The notes under the pieces were generated by a model. It was not told where the DNA came from. It did no database searches and was given only the letters and a program-made list of their open reading frames with translations. Both the position numbers and the translations under genes were made by a program. From contig OZ076409.1 of assembly GCA_964187785.1 (NCBI GenBank), positions 37,388,001 to 37,452,000 of the forward strand: a DNA stretch of 64,000 nucleotides, read 5' to 3'. Source of the stretch: Amphiscolops sp. MND2022. Lineage: Eukaryota. Of the stretch, positions 31,701-45,597 are shown piece after piece; within the stretch, counting starts at the first letter, position 1, and each line of letters begins with the position of its first letter.

Positions 31701-34700
31701 AACCACAAACGAGAATTGCCGACAATTGACTCTGCCCCAACCGGAAGAGTGGCAAGTGAAAGGTGTCACTTCGACGTATCATGCCTATTCTCCGATTCCA
31801 GTCAAAGTCTGCATAGATGGTGTTGACATGCGTTTTGGTGCCACTATTATTACTGACGCGTTTCCTCCTGGAATCTGCTTGGGACCGCAGGAGCTGCGCT
31901 GCTATAACATTGATGCTCAAGAACCAACTGGTGAAGCGAGAATCGATGAGCGTGCGTCGCTCGTAGTTTCATTCGTGGTTCCCGATGCTGCTCCCGTGCC
32001 ATTACGTGGTCTAATAGACACTGGATCAGGAGTGTCCATCCTCACCTTCTCAGCCTACAATCGAGTCGCCGTGCGCACTGGGACACTCTTACGACCTTAT
32101 GGTATTGACTTATATGCCGCGAATGGGAAGACGATCAAAACTTTTGGTCTAGCGGAGAAAGTCAAATTCCAATTGGGAGGCTACGAATTGGAAACTAACT
32201 TCGTGGTAGTCGATGACGCTATGGGAGTGGAAGATTTCCTCCTGGGAAGAAACTTCCTAAGAGCCTATCAAGTCTTGGTAGATTTAACCGCAATGAAGGT
32301 CATTGTCCGAGCTCCCTCTGAACCAGTGTGGTACCATGCCCACACACAAGTAAGTAACGAATCACTCAATTCGTCGGTAGCGATTGCACAGGACGTAGTG
32401 TTGCAACCCTTTGAACGCGCGATACTACGCGCTAGATTGCTTGTAGACAACTTAGAACCTTTCATGTTTCGAACCGTGCTAATCAATTTTCAAACACCTA
32501 ACCGAATGTTAAAAAACGCCATCTTTTTAGAGGACACCGTGGCGACCGTGGGGGAAACTGGCTTCCTTTACGTCAGTTTAGGAAATCTTACCAGCAACGT
32601 ACAGCGGATCAAAAAGGGCACCCTTTTAGGAACCGCGGTACCCGTGACGATGGTTCATAAAGCCATCCCCCAAATTGTCCCCGGACAATCAAACGAAACT
32701 CTGCAATTAAATGCAAATTATGTTTATAAAGTTTATGAACAGATGAACCTTGATTCTTCTTCTGAATATAGTTCTTCATCTGAATTTGAGTTTTTGTCCT
32801 CTACCGAACCGTCAGAACTAGGCTTGTCCGAGCGCGAAGTAAAAAAACGAACCGATCCGGCGCTAATGGCTCCGATACCGGGCCCGGAAGCACAACTCGA
32901 CGAGGTGCGCGGTTTGTGGGGATCGACCGCCAGCGACACGCTTAGTAAACTTTTGAACGAATTTGATGATTTGTTTATGAAATTCAAAGCCGACATTGGC
33001 AAGTGTAAAATCGCTAAGCACCCGGTGGAAGTAGAGCCAGGGGCTGTACCCCACCGCGAAGGTGCAAGACGAATGTCGCCTGACAAGGCAGAGCGTGCTA
33101 ACCAAGAAGTCCGTGACTTGCTAGCTTTGGGAATGATACAACCTTCCCTATCCCCTTGGGCGAGTGGAATTGTTATGGTCAAAAAGAAGAGTGGTGAATT
33201 GCGATTCTGTTGTGACTTTCGACCACTTAATGAAGTGACCATCAAAGACGCTTATCCCTTGCCACGTATCGATGAGAGTCTATCCCGATTGGGCAAAGCC
33301 AAAATCTATACTAGTATTGACTTGGCGTGGGCGTTCTGGCAAATTCCTGTCCGAAAAGCCGATCGTCAAAAGACTGCCTTCGCTTGTGAACTTGGGTTAT
33401 TTGAGTGGCGGCGTATGCCTTTTGGTATGTGTAACGCATCAGCAACATTTCAACGGGCAATAGCGCGAGCGCTACAAAGAATAGTGAACCGTGAAGGAAG
33501 CATGGTTATGGCCTATATCGATGACATTGTGATTGCTACCGAGACCATCGAGGATCACATGGATAGACTACGCGAAGTATTCCAATGCCTGCGTGAGGCC
33601 GGGTTCAAAATGAGAGTCTCCAAGTGTGACTTCATGAAATCGGAGATCAAATATTTGGGCCGGGTCGTATCCGCAGATGGTATCAAGCCAGATCCAAAAG
33701 CTGTCACCAAGCTGAAAGAATGGGATATCCCGCGAACCAAGACTGAATTGCAAAGTTTCTTGGGTTTTGCCAACTACTATCGGGATTTTATCCCGTGGCA
33801 TGCAAAACTAGTTGCCCCTTTACACGCGATAACAGGCGTAGGCTCTTCATTTTTGTGGGGGGAGGAGCAGCAGCGAGCCTTTAACAGCATCAAAGTGGCA
33901 CTAATGGAAGCCACGGCTCTGGCGCAACCCGACACTGAAGGCGAATTTGTTCTCGACACAGATGCTAGTGGTGTAGCTATATCAGGTATTCTGCACCAAT
34001 GGCAAGGACCACCTGAGAGTCGCAAACTGCGACCGATTGTATTCGGAAGCAAAAAGTTAACCGCTACGCAAGCAAAGTATGGAGCCCCAAAATTGGAAAT
34101 GTATGCTGCATACTATTTCATCTTGAAAAACCACAGTTATCTCTGTCCACGAAAATTCACACTGAGGGTAGATAATCAGGCCCTATCCTGGCTAAAAACA
34201 TATTCGATGGATCAGGCGATTATCGGTCGATGGATTATGGCTCTTGAAAAATATCACTTCAGTATTGAGCACCGACCCAGAACGCAACATCGAAATGCTG
34301 ACGGTCTTAGCAAACGAACAAATGATTACAAAAAACACGAAAAGCAACTAAAGGGTTTACCCGCAATTGCAGACAAATGGGACTTCCTATCACAGGAGGA
34401 ATACAACAAACTCCCGCTAGCCCCATGGTTCGATGTCCACGGACGTGTGATACCAAATCACCCAGAATTGCCTGCACACTTGCAGAGGTTGGCTAGCCAA
34501 AGTTCACCCGAGACCACAGTTGCCGCTCCCACGCGAAGGAGCGGACAAAGCAAACGAAGTGCGATCATGCGCGACGAAGCCATGAGAGCGCCCCTGCCTA
34601 CATTGCCAAAACCAGAATTGACATGCCTGCCGAACTTTATCCAGAGTATCCTGAGGATTGGTTGGAACTGACCGAGGAATATCAACGAGACTATTTGCTC

Positions 34701-37700
34701 CCCACGCATGCTGCTAACGTACCATCAAGAACCACTTATCCACTGACGGAAAAGCAAGCAACCAGCACTGCACCAGAGCACGTAAAACAAGCCGCGTTTG
34801 TGGTAAACAGCATATCGATGGAATTACATGAACATGCTAACACAATCCATGGGTTGAAAGATCTACTACTAGCACAAAACCGTGACGTCCATATATTGGC
34901 TATCAAGAAATTGGTAATGCAAGAATCAATAGATCATGACATCTTTCCGGAAAATGTACGTGCCTTTGCCAAAAACTACCACAAACAGAAGAAGAACCTT
35001 CTACTAATAAACGCCAACGGGATTTTGTGTGTAAAGTATTCCAAAAGTCAAAGAGCTTTGCATGAACGCCCCTGCATGATAGTAATGCCACAATTGTATC
35101 AGCATGAAATACTATTCAAGGCCCACGACGCGATGGGACATCAGGGCATCGCGAAAGTCTTGGCCAGAATTCAAGAGCGCCACACTTGGCCAGGCATCCG
35201 CCGCACCATGGGACAATACGTCAGCCAATGCATCACTTGTCAACAAGTACGTGACAAGCCTGGTGATGTACGCTTTCACTTGAAAAATATCCAAAGCGGC
35301 TATTTCAACGAGCTAGTCCAATATGACCACATGAAAATTTGTCCCTCTGATGATGGTAACACAGGGATCTTGGTTATTATCGATCATTTCTCTAAGCTCG
35401 CAGAAGCTGTGCCGTGCAACCACGATGAGTATGATGCAGCGACCACTTCAAAGTTGTTGTTGCAGAAATGGTTTGCCCGCCATGGAACGCCGACGAGGAT
35501 GCAGTCAGACAATGCTCCCAACTTCACCGCGGCAGTGTCTGCTGAGTTTATGAAAGCCGCCCAAGTGACCAAAGTAACCTCAACTGCTGGCCACCCCAGG
35601 ACTCAAGGGTTGGTAGAGCGACAAAACCGAACGTTACTCACCCTACTGCGTGTATTCTGCTCTAGACGAATGCGTGATTGGGACCAGTACTTAGATGAAG
35701 TCATGGGTGCATACAACTCCACACGTCATGCCACTACTGGGTTCTCCCCGTATATGCTGACTAGAGGCATGGAAAAAGCTATACCCCTGACTTTCTTGTA
35801 TCCCGAATTTGCAACTCAGTCATTCGAATCACACGAAGCCTATGTGGAACATGTGCTGGCTCGACAACAAGAGATTCATGACTTAGTCCGTCGTAACACG
35901 CATCAAGCCCAGCAGCGACAAAAGTTGAAGTACGACAGAGCAATTCGTGCTAAAGCCTATGAAGTGGGCGAACCTGTTTGGGTATTCTGCCGATACATTC
36001 CTCAAAATGGATCTCCTAAATTAATGAGAGCGTGGCGTGGTCCTCACAAAGTAGCACGAGTACTACAAGAGGGACGCGTCTACATACTTGACACTGGTCA
36101 GAAAGTACATTTCGAACGATTGAAACCGCACCATGGTGGTCCAACAGAATGGGCAGCTGTTCCTGCGCATAACGGCGAGGTTGCTATTATCATGGACCCT
36201 GATCCAGAACAATCCCACGAGGAGGTGAGAGACGATGCTTCGCAACCTTCTTATCGTGCAGAGGAACCAATTTCAGAAGCCAGTAATGCCTCTTTGCCTT
36301 CTCGACAAAGACATTGGATGGACACACGGTTACGCACACACATGCGCGCAGGTGGCAGCCGCCTACATTATCAACAATTTGGCTATTCTTCGACTGAGTC
36401 TGACGATGAACGTTCTGATGTACTCCTGTCGAGTGTTCAGGCTAGTCCTGATGAGAGTGCTATCTTGTCATCACATGTAGATGAACCTGCGCCTATTCCC
36501 GAAATGCCAATATCACCACTGCCTGATATGGAGGCTCTATTCTCAGAGAATGAAGCAGTACCCGACGTATTGGACATCGCCCCGAATCCTACTATCCACG
36601 CACCCACCGAAAGTGCCGGCACCTCTCTGACCGGTACATCCGCCCCATTATTGACAAATCCATCTCTTACGGATATGTTGAGTAACTTTCCCATTTGGCC
36701 CCTAATCGATGACAGTGTTCTCAACCCAACCTTAGACGACAACGGTGCTGAAACACCAACGACCAATGACGAAAAGGGATCTATTCCCCCTGCGACAGTT
36801 CCCACCAACAACAACGCAGCTACTACCACGAAACTCTCCAATGCTCCTAGAGGGCATGGACCGCGGGGACGTCCGCCAGGCAGAGCGAGGCCGCGAGCCT
36901 CGCTGCCACGTGGCCACCAACAGAGAGGTGCTATTAGAGGCGCTCGCAAAAGAGGCCGTCCCAGAGGAAGACCTCCTCGTACAACACACGCCAGACCTAA
37001 CATCTCTACCCGTGTTCGTAGCACTCCATCTATGGACACTGACTCTTCTGCCCCTAGCGCAGCGGTTACCTCAGATCAAGCAGCACCATCAAAATCAACC
37101 AACGCTCGCTATGGACTGCGACGCAATCGTATTCCCAGATATCGTTGCGGGACATGTGGCCTACGAGACTGCGGATGCAACTACATGGTCCACGCGGGCT
37201 TCCCAATTAAACCCCGGGGAGTCCTGCTAGCACGTGAACAGGAGAAACCGCTTCCAAGCGGCACCGTTGACCGTTTGGTTATTCGAGCCGAGAAGACTTA
37301 TACTGGGCTACAACGCAGCGACACTCCATATCCTGTGGACTATATCCTATCCAAAATGAAAGATTCTACGATAGCAAAGGCCCCGTGCCCAAGGTTCAAG
37401 GAGTGGACCTATGATCTTATTGGTTTGGAATTCACATTACCTATCACTGTTCCCCCCTTGCCTACAAATATTGCTTTTGGTCCTTTCAACTATGAACGAG
37501 AGCCTATCCAAAGGGTACGCTGTATTCCTGCTGACCTTTTGTATGACAAGTACAACGTCACCGCAAAACCAGGAGACGTTTATCAGCCTGCAACCAACTG
37601 GTGGCTACTAATTACGGCCAAACAAGTATCCGACCTGGTTCATCCCACTAACTTGAACACCTGTCTGGAGAGTTTGCGGACGATGACCTCTCCTGATAGA

Positions 37701-38501
37701 ATCACTTGTTTCCACACCATAGACCTATATCGTGGTAAAATTAAGTTTGAATGGTGGCTGGAACTTATTATAGCAGTCTTATCGAACTTTTCACGAATCA
37801 GATTCCTGGACGAATGGACACACTCTTTTCCTAGTCCTGTATCACTCCAATCAGCCCTGCACGCACTGGATACATGGTCCAGGGCTAACATTGATAATCA
37901 ATCGTTGCCGCGATCTGTGTGGCAAGACTTGGGCGCCATTAAAGGCCTCCTCCCGAACGCATGTAACGATGCTCTCTCCAAAGACCCCGGACGAGAATTA
38001 GTATACCATGGAGCCGTGAGACCTCAATTGGTTGACTATGTGCGGTATGCCAATACGGACTTCCTGCAGACTCCCCATCACATTGTTTTATGTTGTCCCG
38101 CAAACCTAGAAACTAATTCTGCCGCTCTTCGTTACGTCATTCGTGAGCATGGTGCAGATGCAATCTTTCAACTTCGACCGGAGGTTGGCAATATTGTAAC
38201 GCTACCCACATCTTTGATAGACGGCCATCCTCAGACTATCCACCTTTTAATCACACGAGCTACACCTCGCTGCCCTATGCTCGCTGATATTCTCTTTGGA
38301 TGTCTTGATCATTTGAAAACGTTACTCGAGCGCCTAGAGGCGATAGAAGTACACTTTGCCATCATTGATCCTGAGCGCCCAATACGTAATCTTTTCGATT
38401 TTTATACCTGTTTGATGGACGTATTCGCTGACACCCCCCTGACCGTCGTTCTTCACGATCGCGTTTACGTATCTATTGCAAGCGTCGCTAGCTTTCCGTA
38501 G
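28736..38501 (+). pseudogene. gag-pol: E2 gag-pol, disrupted (stop at 30296-30298, frameshifts near 30434 and ~34620)
   Basis: ORFs 28583-30298, 30538-34671 and 34623-38501 together are collinear with E1 Gag-Pol (2x CCHC, LIDTGSG, YIDD, DTDAS, HHCC/DDE, GRP repeats, CGTCG, C-terminal LHDRVYVSIASV). Confidence 0.9.
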
Positions 38502-38724
38502 AACTTTTGTTTTTCCCTTTTTTTTGTCGTTTTGTTTTTTGTCCGCTCGATTAAGTTTAGTGAATCGACACGGAGTTTATTTGAAACTAATACGTTACCT
38601 TTTTCTTCAATGTTAATGTGTGATATTCTATTACTTTCCCTGGTATTACCCTCAAAATGACCTATGGTGTTGCCCTACTATCAAGTGTGCTACAATCGAC
38701 CTGCACTCTTTCAGAATTGCCGTC

Positions 38725-41700
38725 ATGAACCAAGATAACGATGGAAGCAACAACGTCCCTCCAAGGTCTTCAGATGACTCTCCTGCCTTGGGGCAACGCG
38801 TTTACGACACTGCGCGTGTCCAGCGTACCCCACAAATTGCTTTTATTCGAGACAGACTCGACCAAGGTCTGTCGCCAGCTACAGTTGCCGGGGTGGCGGC
38901 AATCATAGCCCAGATGGAGTCGCAAATGCAAGCCCCTATGCTGACGATATCTATTACTTCGGGCTTTCCTTGGTTCCAACGATCCATGACATACCAAGAT
39001 GGAGTGTGGCACGGCCATGATCTTACACATCACTTTACGGATGATCGTGCAGCGATCTCATACAGTCCTGCGAATGGCGGAGTCCATCAGACCAGATCTC
39101 TACAGATCCCTTCTTGCCCGCCTCCACCTCCACCGCCACCTCCTGCATCAACACCACAAACAGTAGTGCGTGCGCGCACTCCTGCTCCTATGGTACCTAA
39201 CTTGCCCAATCAATCAATGACGGAGCAAGCAGTTATCTCAGCACTGCAAGCAGTAGCTATCAACCCCAATTACGCTGATTTCATGCGATCCATGGAGCAG
39301 TGTTGGCCTGAACTGCGCCGAATTGCTCTGCCCACTGTCACTATTCGCAACGAAAATGTCACTTCGACCCAAACAAGTCAAGATGCCATCACTATTCCTC
39401 ACGTCAATCCTCTGTCTGATCAGCCAGGACACTCCCGCACCGTGACTGCAGAGCGCAGTCGTTCGCCTTCCCGCTCTTCTCAAAAGGGGGGAGGAGAGAG
39501 CCGCCCTGCCTCCAGAAAACGCAACGACCCTTCCCCAACAAAAAAGAGTGCTCAACAACCACTAACTGCCCGTGACAGCCCCTCGAGCAAGCCACCGCCC
39601 GACAAAAAGATCTCCAACGAGAAGGCCACAACCAAAACGCCAAACCAAACAAAATCAAAAGTGTCGGAAGCATCCGTGCTTCCCTCACCCCAATCACAAC
39701 CAGACGCAACAGGCGAACAACAAGGACTGCCGCAGCCACCATCCACGCAGTCTACAACACGCGAGTCGCTGGCTCAACGAGCGACTCCTAAGCCTTCCAC
39801 ATCAAGACAGCCACAAACGGAGCAAACTGTGGGTTATCAAGGCACCCCTGAATCTCAGCGAACTGTCAAGGACATAATGGGTGATTACCCAGGATTGAAG
39901 GTAACCAACAGTGGTCCAACTGGAACACCACTCCGCAAACAGGCAATTCAACACCCAACTAAGAGGACCTTTACGAAACAACCGACGTACCTGAGTCCAA
40001 TGCAAAACTCAAAGGGCACACTGATCACCAAGGACTCCCGACGTATCTGGGAATCGGCAGTTATAGTATCGCCCGAATGGCTGTTTGAAAAGAACATGTG
40101 TCCTCCGAATGACGAAGAGCATGCGAAATTGAAGAAGGCGAATGTACCTGTATTCATAAATCGTCCAATCCGCCCCGACCACACCCCTACCAATGAGCCG
40201 CCATGGCTAGGGAAGGCAATGAATATGCTGCCAAACGTAGAAGACAATTACTTGGACGCCCTCAACATTGACCTTCGTGGGCAATTCGCTGACCGATATT
40301 TCCTCAATGCTGGAGAGACATTCGAGGTCAACCCACGGTACGCCCGTGACCTCGAAGCCCAACTACCAATGCCGAAAGAAAGGTTGCAGCGTGCGCGCTT
40401 CGCCTTACTTATAGATTCGACATTCCTCAAAAATATCCCCATTGACAATGTGCTGTCAGACGTGATGGTTTTCACTCTACCGCTGTCACGTATTCCCGAG
40501 ATGGCCGAAGTGTTGGTCACCATGTTTGACCCTGAGATGACGGGGACCTTCAAAGAGCCACCCCCACGCAGAGTGATCATCAGTAACGTTTTCGATCACA
40601 TGGCCTGTGAGGGACTAATGGCCCAGATCGCGAACGTTGAAATCATAAATCCAAGTCCAGCACAGCGAACAACAGTACGCAACGCAGCACTGAACATGGC
40701 CCGAGCCATGGAAAAAGCCCAAAATATCTTAAAGGATAAACTCAACGTGCCAGCCCTGTTTGTGACACCCCCAGGTTTCTGCCAGTGGCCTCCCGTCTTG
40801 CAGAGATTTATCTACATGGTAACAGAAATTTGCAAATGTAGACATTGCGATCTGCGCGCCCAATATGCGGATCAGCTCCAACGACTTTCGTCCCTCCTGG
40901 CTTTCCTACATGGGGTATGTTGCCTCGGTGTCTAAAGTGCTACAGTCAGTGGAAAAGACAGGGAACGCGCAGCTGACAATCGATGATGCCATCTATTTTG
41001 ATCACGGCACTCGTATGGGCTTGTTAGTATTCAACAACAACGGAGAAAGGCGAGTTCCAGAACCTAGTACGGCTGAATGTGAGGCAATTCGCCTGAATAA
41101 CTGGATAGAGCGCGCGCGCTCCTCCGGTGGAAAGACTTGCATTAAAACTGATCTTGCGGAAGTCACTGCCATAATGAGCAAAGTCCCCAGCGACCGAGAA
41201 GTAGAACGAGCCATCCCGCGAGTTCAATTTGCCCAGGACCTCACAATTGACCAATTATCAGTGGGAATGAAGTACATTGCTGCAAAATTGACGAGCGAGA
41301 CTCAGGCTGAAATCCAAGCCTTCAGCAGCACCTACGACGCCTGGTACCAGCGGCTACAAACTACCACCGTAGCAGACATTGCAAAAGAACTTGGGATGTC
41401 AACCGACCAATTTGCCATCTGTTTGGGATTGGGTTGGAGTCCCGATGTTATTCGAGTTGAGTTCGACTTAGACGAGCACTGGTTGATCGAAATCAGCAAG
41501 ATTATCGGTACCATGCAAGTAAACGAACTCTTTGCACTGATGCTCACTTTCGGGCAGAAACGCTTCGTAGCTGGCCCAATGATGATATTGACCGACCTGG
41601 TTACCGAGTGTAATCTGGAATGGCTATTTTCATATTTAGTGATTGCGCGAGGGAATATCTCAGGCCTCACCGCTTTAGCCAAGCTGCTACAACGAAAAGA

Positions 41701-43084
41701 CGCTCAGGATTATCCCGCTCACCTGGAGCGCATGACAACTTCGTTATATCACTGGATATACTGCAGTCTGGTCTTTGCCTCGGGACTTTTCGTGGGCGTA
41801 GATAAGCACCAACCATTATATGACGGACGTCAGCTGGTGACCGAGGTAGCTGGATTTCTGACACCTAACCAGCTGGCAGATTTCACTTTGGCTGAAGTCG
41901 AAGACCTTGTACCGGTGTTAGTAACCGTGCTAACTCCGATATTTGGCCCAACCGGGATACTTCGCTATCCCACCAAGCCTCTGCGACTGGCCTCGGAGAC
42001 ACTAACAGTATCCATCCTGACTTTTCTGAAGAATGTAAAACCGCACAACTATCAGCAGATGCTTGAACGTGGGCTGTTTCTGCTAGTACCCCGCATGTAT
42101 ACCACCATAAAGAATGAAACGCAGCAAGACGAAAACCTGGCCGGTATTCTCAAAGCCCGGACAAAGAAGGCGTGCCCTTTACCTCGCGAATACGGCCCGG
42201 TGAATTGGTACAATTCGCCCTTAGATCACCTTGGAATCCCACAGCGATTCAATTGGAGTTTCGCACACCTCAGGAAGTACGTGACCGAATGCGTGCAAAC
42301 CATGGGCGGTCACACAAATCAGGAGTATAATTTTCAGATGATCAAGCTTCCAGCCAGGTACTGGCGAGGACCCATCGGTTATATCCGGGCTAAGCCAATC
42401 AGCATGGTCGAGAAGGGCTTTGATGAGCAGTACGCCTATCGCGATCACTACAAACTAGGCGTGTGGATGTCAAGGACCCTGGAGGAACGCCAAGGGCGCC
42501 TAAAAGGCTTGATCATCCCCCCACTGACAATGCCTGTTTGGAATCCAGAGGCGAGGGTCACTATGGGAAGCGACATGCCAGCGGAGACCTGCTACCACGT
42601 CATGGAACTGCTGAGTGATCCCCTCGGACCCGAATGGGAAGCCTCCAGGCAAATTATAGAACATGCAAACAGGGACAACTGGTCCAGAGCCTGCGGGCTC
42701 TGGGGCCGACCTGATCTACGCCCGAAACTCAGTGCCAAGCAGAAACGACCCATTGCCACCCGCAATAGACCGCTAGATCTACCACACCTGTTTAATGCCA
42801 GTAGATTGGATGTGCAGATCCCAATCTCCACGTCGACCACAAGTTCTGCCAATGTTAGCGGCTCAGCCAATGCAGCGCAAGAACATTCGCCAGAAGCCTC
42901 AACTCCCGTAGCCGCAGAAGATGGCCCTAGTGGCTCAAACACGACTCCCAGGACCCATGAAACTGCCAGCGCCGAACCAAAGCCAGTCCTGCGAGAAGGA
43001 AATATGCGAAGAGGATCCCTGTCCGAACTACAACCGAAAGCCGACGTCTCCCCCAGAGCGCGTCACTTCTCCGCCACCCAGTAA
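38725..43084 (+). pseudogene. E2 ORF2 homologue with a frameshift near 40840-40865
   Basis: ORFs 38620-40935 and 40865-43084 give FALLIDST, VIISNVFDHM, LFVTPPG and ICAPNMRISSNDFRP, collinear with E1 ORF2. Confidence 0.85.
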
Positions 43085-44060
43085 AACAAACCTAACATTG
43101 TTGCCATTCTATTTCTAACTTCAATAGTCCTATGCTAAATGAACCTTTGCGAAACCTCATGGTTTCAATCTCTGTTGTTGCTAAACTTCGATTTTGGAAG
43201 TGCCAATTGGTCATGGGTAAAAATCTCCAAGTGGAGATGAAGCCCCCGGGCTTCATCCTCCTTATTATTCCGTTTTGGGATCGGCAACCCAACCATGAAA
43301 CTGCGCCTTTGCCTTGCCTTAGTTAGATGCAATATTCAATTTGCAATTTGTGTTTGCAGTTAGTGCTTTTTCAAGCTACCTTATGCTACCATATGGATGC
43401 GCTGTGCGCACTCCGTGCTCTGAATTTTCGGTGCTATTACACCCTTTTAGTTACTAGTTATTGTTTACACTGTTGCTATTGTCGAAAAAGACAAAAAGAA
43501 AAAGATGAAGGAAAAGGAAACAGAAGGAGAGAGATGAGAAATGGATAGAATAAAAAGATTGATGGACCTCGACCATTGTTTTTTCTTTGAGTTACCTGAT
43601 AGGATCGAGAGTAAGTCTCGCAAAAGAAATTTTAAATTGACCGTACTTATTGGTTGATTTTATGGCAACTGCTTATCAAAAGAACTTTTATCAAACGCCA
43701 AGCAGTGCGAAGCTCCCGAGCTTCGGAAAATAAGTTTTGAACAGTCATGTGATGGTCGTTGACCTTAAAACAAGTTTTAACACTAACGGCAAAAAAAATT
43801 TTTATATGGAAGGCCGAAAAGAAATTTTAACGCCTGAATTGCTCACGACAGGCTACAAAAAGTAACAACCTTGCCGTATAAGATTTGTATACAAAGTTGT
43901 ATTGATTTGATCAAAATGTAGCAACGCTGGGTCAAAAACACTTCCACGAGGCCAACTTGACGACGTCCCAATGAACTGCCCAGCGCTACTTGATGTGCAC
44001 TCTACCTCCTCAGTGGGACATAGATGACTCTGGGTAAAGACTCGATGATGCCAACCCACA

Positions 44061-44098
44061 CTTGACGGGGACGTCAAGACTAGACCCCGGGGAGTGTA
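44061..44098 (+). promoter_or_regulatory. E2 pre-LTR hairpin and short purine tract
   Basis: CTTGACG-GGGA-CGTCAAG perfect stem-loop, then CCCCGGGGAGTGTA before the TG. Confidence 0.7.
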
Positions 44099-44831
44099 TG
44101 TAGCGATTACCTATCGAGTACACGATTTCGAAAATTTCGATGAAAATTTCGTTCAAGGGACTATATCCCCTCTGCTGAAAAGTCATATTCCGCTGGACGG
44201 TAGCGTGTCTTTATTCAAATACCTGCCCATAGAATTGAAGAGAATTTGAGCAGAGACTCGAGAGAGACCCCAACCGAACGAGAAGACTGCAGAAAAACAC
44301 GGCCGCTGTCAGAAAAAGACTCAAATTTCTGTCAAAACGGACTGAACTTTATTCTAGCCAGTGCTTTCTTCAGCGAAGCGTTACAAGACGCTGTGATTAC
44401 CGAAAATGAGTCAATTAGCTTGACCAAGCATCCGTGCTTGTGTCCCCGGCTAATTGCTGCCTCAAAAGTGCTAATTATGTAGTAATTTTCGTATTTTCTT
44501 GTTGTAACAGCTCGTGAGCTACTCATTTCGATCTCCTGTGTAATTTCGAAAAAACTTGATTTTTCCTTTCCACCACTTGCATTTTTTAAAGGCTGTCTAA
44601 GTGTTGGTTTCGAAGAAAAAGCGTAATGCGCACTACTGATAGCAATTACAGACTGGATCAGGCCGGCGAGCACTTCTTAAGAAGCGGAATCCTCCTCTGA
44701 CGGGACATTTCTTACCCGAAGGAGGCAAAATGGACTCATGGCCATGGGCGCCTGTCCCGGGCAAATACCCATGCCATGTGTTCCTCCTGCTCTTATGGTT
44801 ACGGCGACAATGGTGAGAGCTTGTCGTTACA
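44099..44831 (+). repeat. E2 3' LTR (733 bp)
   Basis: No difference from the 5' LTR seen by eye; the short ORF translations in both LTRs are identical. Confidence 0.97.
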
Positions 44832-45459
44832 GTGAATCATTCATGCTAAATATTTCCCTGATGCAATGCTATTTCTTCAAGTATTTATTAGGATTTCTAT
44901 ACAATTTGGCGGGTTTTCGGAGCAACATCAAGGAAGTTCAAGAAAAATTTCCCGCAAAATTTTCCATGTTTTTGCGGGCAAACCCTTATGTTTTATGAGT
45001 GTTGTGACGCTAACCTATGATGTAGACAAATTTCTACGTGTGCCAGTGTGGCAAACAAATTCGTATAACTGGACATTTTTTCGTTGGAAATTTTTTTTGC
45101 ATGAATAATGTTGGAATGGGCAATTTTCATCACTTTTCGTGTTTTCCACAATAGAGTTTTACACGGCCTTTTTGGGGAACTACTTTAGAACGGAATATTA
45201 AAATGAGGCTGTTTTGATTGGTTGATATTTGAAACTTTTTTCAAACTTTTTCAGCTCCGAAAATATTCATAAAACCTGACAAACTAACCGAAAGTATTAT
45301 AAGACGTTTTTGCAAGCATTTCTCGTGATTTTTTTCACATGAGTCGAACAATTTGGTGTTTTTCGGGCAAAAAAATCAACAAATATTTCGGAAATGAAAA
45401 ATTCTAATCCCAAAATTTCGGTCATTGTACTTGATTTCTGACTTTACCGGGCACGACTT

Positions 45460-45597
45460 TTATTCCGTCAGATCTTAGGCGCAATGTATTTCAGTTAGAT
45501 TTTATTCCGTTAGATCTTATTCCCTTAGATCTTATTCCGTTAGATCTTAGGCGCAACGTGTTTCAGTTAGATCTTATTCCGTTAGATAGATCTTATA
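45460..45597. repeat. Short imperfect tandem repeat (TTAGATCTTATTCCG units)
   Basis: Repeated TTAGATCTTATTCC(G/C) and a twice-repeated AGATCTTAGGCGCAA. Confidence 0.7.

Larger units (their letters stand above)
25623..44831 (+). mobile_element. E2: full-length 19,209-bp Ty3/Gypsy LTR retrotransposon, more distant relative of E1
   Basis: 733-bp TG...CA LTR pair, same PBS as E1, same domain order and extra ORF, flanking GTG duplication. Confidence 0.97.
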
